Both the position numbers and the translations under genes were made by a program. A stretch of 64,000 nucleotides of DNA, from the NCBI GenBank assembly GCA_965205385.1, contig CBDBGS010000003.1, forward strand, positions 80,691 to 144,690. The letters run 5' to 3'. The notes below the pieces were generated by a model, which was not told the origin of the DNA, made no database searches, and saw only the letters and a program-made list of their open reading frames with translations. Source of the DNA: Dehalococcoidia bacterium (GTDB lineage: Bacteria > Chloroflexota > Dehalococcoidia > Lucifugimonadales > UBA3495). Below, piece by piece: positions 61,743 through 64,000 of this stretch. Every line of letters begins with the position of its first letter. The first letter of the stretch is position 1.

Positions 61743-63023
61743 TTAGATGTAGTCTTGGTCCTGGTCCATCATGAGCAACTGGTCGGTGGTCTCCCGGCTG
61801 AGATGGTTTTGGATCTCACTGCGGAATTCCTCCATCAGCTCGTCCGTGATCTCCCCGCCGGTGCCCTTGATCCGGTCCTTGAACCGGTCGAAGGCCCATT
61901 CGAACTCGGAACCGTGAGGCATGTTGAAGAAGTCCCGGTCGAAGGTCGGGAGCTCCCCGGGGCCGAAGTAGCCCTTTCCTTCCAGCGTGTAGCCTTCGAG
62001 GTCGTGGGTGCCTTTGCCCAACACCTGACCGGTAAGGGCGTAGTGCTCCATGACGCTTTTCAGGCCGTACTTCTGGATCGGGCATACCTTCATGCAGACG
62101 CCGCAACCCAGGTATCGGGCCATTACGGGGCGGCAGCGCTTGAAGTAGAGCTTGTTCTTCTCAAGTCCCCGCCACCAGATCTTATCGCGCATTAGGGCGC
62201 GGCCCGGGCAGCGGTTGACGCAGACCTGGCACACCTGGCAAAAGGCGTGAATGCCGTAGTCGACGGGCTTGTCGTAGGTGACGGCCGCGTCTGTGGTGAC
62301 CGAGACGAGGCGGCACCGGTTTCCCACGTGGGGAGTCAAGAGGTAGCCGCAAGCGCCCAACTGGCCCACGCCGGCTTCGACGAACATGGGTATGTAGGGG
62401 CCGGGGGCGTCGCCGGAACCGGTTACCTGGGCATGGTAGCCGTGGGAGCGGATGAAGTTACCCAACTCCAGGGCCGCCGCGCCTTCCGTCCGGTAGGTGC
62501 TGGAGTGGACGATCTCGGCGTCGACGCTGGGGATGGTCTGAGTGGGCTCAAAGTCCTGCTCGTACACCAGGCAAATGACGCTGGGGTAGTAGGAGAGCAG
62601 GCTCTTCTTGCTCTGGTAAGTGTAGCGGTGGTCGAAGGCGGTGATTCCGACTTCGCAGAAACCCAGTTCCCGGGCCTTCTGCTTGATTAACTCGGTGAGG
62701 TCTTCACCGTTGGGTTCAGCTGTTGGCTCCAAGTCGGAAGTCAACCGGCTGGCCATAATCAAGGCGCGGTTGAGTTTCTCGTGTTCTTTGCGGATCTCGC
62801 GCATTTCCGCGTGTTGATCGCGCAGAGTGTTTGCCCAGTCGCGGGACGCGCGCTCGGTGACGTTCATGCTTTCCAGGGGGTACTCCCGCGCGTACCAGTC
62901 GACCTCCCGGTTGTTGAGAGGAATGCCAGGAACGGTTTCCAGCTCTTCAGGCACGGGGATATTAACTTCCGGTTCGCCCAACCTTTGGCCGGGCCGGACT
63001 ACTTCATGGCCGATCTTAAGCAT
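61743..63023 (-). CDS. RdhA/QueG-superfamily 2x[4Fe-4S] protein, copy 3
   Basis: Same motifs as copies 1 and 2. GGGAGGAG precedes ATG 63023. 426 aa. Confidence 0.75.
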   Translation of the reverse strand: MLKIGHEVVRPGQRLGEPEVNIPVPEELETVPGIPLNNREVDWYAREYPLESMNVTERASRDWANTLRDQHAEMREIRKEHEKLNRALIMASRLTSDLEPTAEPNGEDLTELIKQKARELGFCEVGITAFDHRYTYQSKKSLLSYYPSVICLVYEQDFEPTQTIPSVDAEIVHSSTYRTEGAAALELGNFIRSHGYHAQVTGSGDAPGPYIPMFVEAGVGQLGACGYLLTPHVGNRCRLVSVTTDAAVTYDKPVDYGIHAFCQVCQVCVNRCPGRALMRDKIWWRGLEKNKLYFKRCRPVMARYLGCGVCMKVCPIQKYGLKSVMEHYALTGQVLGKGTHDLEGYTLEGKGYFGPGELPTFDRDFFNMPHGSEFEWAFDRFKDRIKGTGGEITDELMEEFRSEIQNHLSRETTDQLLMMDQDQDYI

Positions 63024-63072
63024 GTCTGCTCCTCCCAGGGTCGTTTAGTTGATGAAATGAGCCGTGAGCAAA

Positions 63073-63101
63073 ACAATATACTTGGTGCCCAGGATTGTCA
63101 A
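63073..63101 (-). promoter_or_regulatory. near-consensus promoter TTGACA-N17-TATTGT for copy 3
   Basis: -35 at 63101..63096 and -10 at 63078..63073, giving a leader of about 43 nt. Confidence 0.55.
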
Positions 63102-63215
63102 CGGAAATTCGTGTCCCCGGATGATAATATCCTGGTAACGGCAGAACTGTTCTATTGGTGTCCGTGATTCGTAACGAGATCAGTTCTCATGGTCTAGTTC
63201 TCCGCCAAGCGGTGG

Positions 63216-64000
63216 CTACTGCCCGGTGCGCCGCGCGATCATGGCGTCGGCCAGAGGGCTCGCGCCGGAGCGGACGACCACGTTTACCAAAGATGGCAGG
63301 CCGGAACCGAAGGCGCGTTCCACAGCGGGCGCCACGTCGTCGGGTTTCTCCACGTATTCGGAGTAGCCGCCGATTGCGTCGACCAGTTTGTCGTATCTAA
63401 TGAATCGAAGGTCCGTGCCCACGGCGCGGTCGAAATAGGCCAACTGGAAAGTCTTGTCGATCCCCCAGGTGGAATCGTTGCCCATGACCACGGTGATGGG
63501 GAGGTTGTGCCGGATGCAGGTGTCGTACTCCATGGTATAAAAGCCGAACGAACCGTCGCCCATTAGGACCAGCACCTTGCTTTCAGGATGGGCCAGCTTG
63601 GCGGCCATACCGTAAGGGATACCTGCCCCCAAGTGGCTGAGAGGGCCCAAGCGAATGAACCTGCCCGGTTTTCGCGCCTTCAGATAGGAACGGCCCCACT
63701 GGACGTAGTCGCCGCCGTCCATGACGATGAACGTGTCGTCGTCCACCAGGCTTTCTATCCTGGTGTATATGTCCAGCGGGTGCATCGGCTCCTCGCCGGT
63801 GGCCCTGGAACGCAGTTCATCCATCCAGCCGTTCCGGTCCGCTTCCAACTGGTCGGTCCATGCTGAAATGTCGGACTTCGCCCCTCGCTTCGCCGCGGCG
63901 GTAAGCTGCTCGACGATTGCGCCGAGGTCTCCGAGGAGACTGACGGATACGCCGCGGTTGCGGCCTATTTCCGCCTCTGAAGGGTCGGCTTGGATTATTT
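63216..64000 (-). CDS. thiamine-pyrophosphate enzyme (acetolactate-synthase/oxalyl-CoA-decarboxylase-like), C-terminal part; runs off the right edge
   Basis: TPP-binding motif GAGIPYGMAAKLA...LMGDGSFGF...NDSTWG. The frame stays open upstream of the listed TTG (...IIQADPSEAEIGRNRGV...) to the window end. Confidence 0.8.
   Translation of the reverse strand, partial: IIQADPSEAEIGRNRGVSVSLLGDLGAIVEQLTAAAKRGAKSDISAWTDQLEADRNGWMDELRSRATGEEPMHPLDIYTRIESLVDDDTFIVMDGGDYVQWGRSYLKARKPGRFIRLGPLSHLGAGIPYGMAAKLAHPESKVLVLMGDGSFGFYTMEYDTCIRHNLPITVVMGNDSTWGIDKTFQLAYFDRAVGTDLRFIRYDKLVDAIGGYSEYVEKPDDVAPAVERAFGSGLPSLVNVVVRSGASPLADAMIARRTGQ

Noticed and set aside
58742-62195. Long plus-strand ORFs (58742..59704, 59995..60792, 60826..61305, 61506..62195, 62247..62690) opposite the three Fe-S genes
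   Set aside because: They mirror the minus-strand genes, are rich in Val/Gly/Ala/Asp as expected for antisense frames of high-GC genes, and lack RBS or motifs. The minus-strand frames carry clear Fe-S motifs and SD sites.
1-64000. tRNA, rRNA, tmRNA, RNase P or SRP RNA genes; integrases or transposases
   Set aside because: I scanned the intergenic regions for T-loop (GGTTCGAATCC-like) and other conserved cores and found none outside coding frames. No ORF shows integrase or transposase motifs. This is absence by eye only.

Overview
High-GC, densely coding bacterial chromosomal window with about 70 genes. I saw no rRNA, tRNA, CRISPR array, integrase or transposase. Most genes belong to catabolic or redox enzyme families: five crotonase-fold proteins, four SDRs, two luciferase-like (LLM) oxidoreductases, Zn-ADHs, amidohydrolases, GMC oxidoreductase, LigB-type and VOC dioxygenase-like proteins, gamma-glutamyltransferase, thiolase plus DUF35, PrpD-like, and a split TPP decarboxylase. 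This family mix resembles what is reported for marine Chloroflexota of the SAR202 type, but that is an inference from gene content only. A housekeeping block covers 47-56.5 kb: prs, thrC-like, ispH, gpsA, plsY, der, argF-like. The most unusual locus is 58.5-63.0 kb. It holds three tandem paralogues (roughly 80% identical by eye) of a leaderless Fe-S protein from the reductive-dehalogenase/epoxyqueuosine-reductase (RdhA/QueG) superfamily. Each copy has its own near-consensus promoter and hairpin terminator. All three share a 71-aa identical ferredoxin core, extra N- and C-terminal modules, and an acidic tail ending in DYI. A pentapeptide-repeat/TIR fusion gene sits immediately upstream of this locus. 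Other items worth a second look:
- a lower-GC islet encoding a DUF429-like nuclease and a retropepsin-like protease
- a vapBC module whose toxin carries an in-frame TAG
- two tandem desulforedoxin-like mini-genes
- an unlisted Cys-rich 51-aa ORF
- two short intergenic tandem repeats
- REP-like palindromes
All family assignments come from reading the translations and from remembered motifs. No searches were run.
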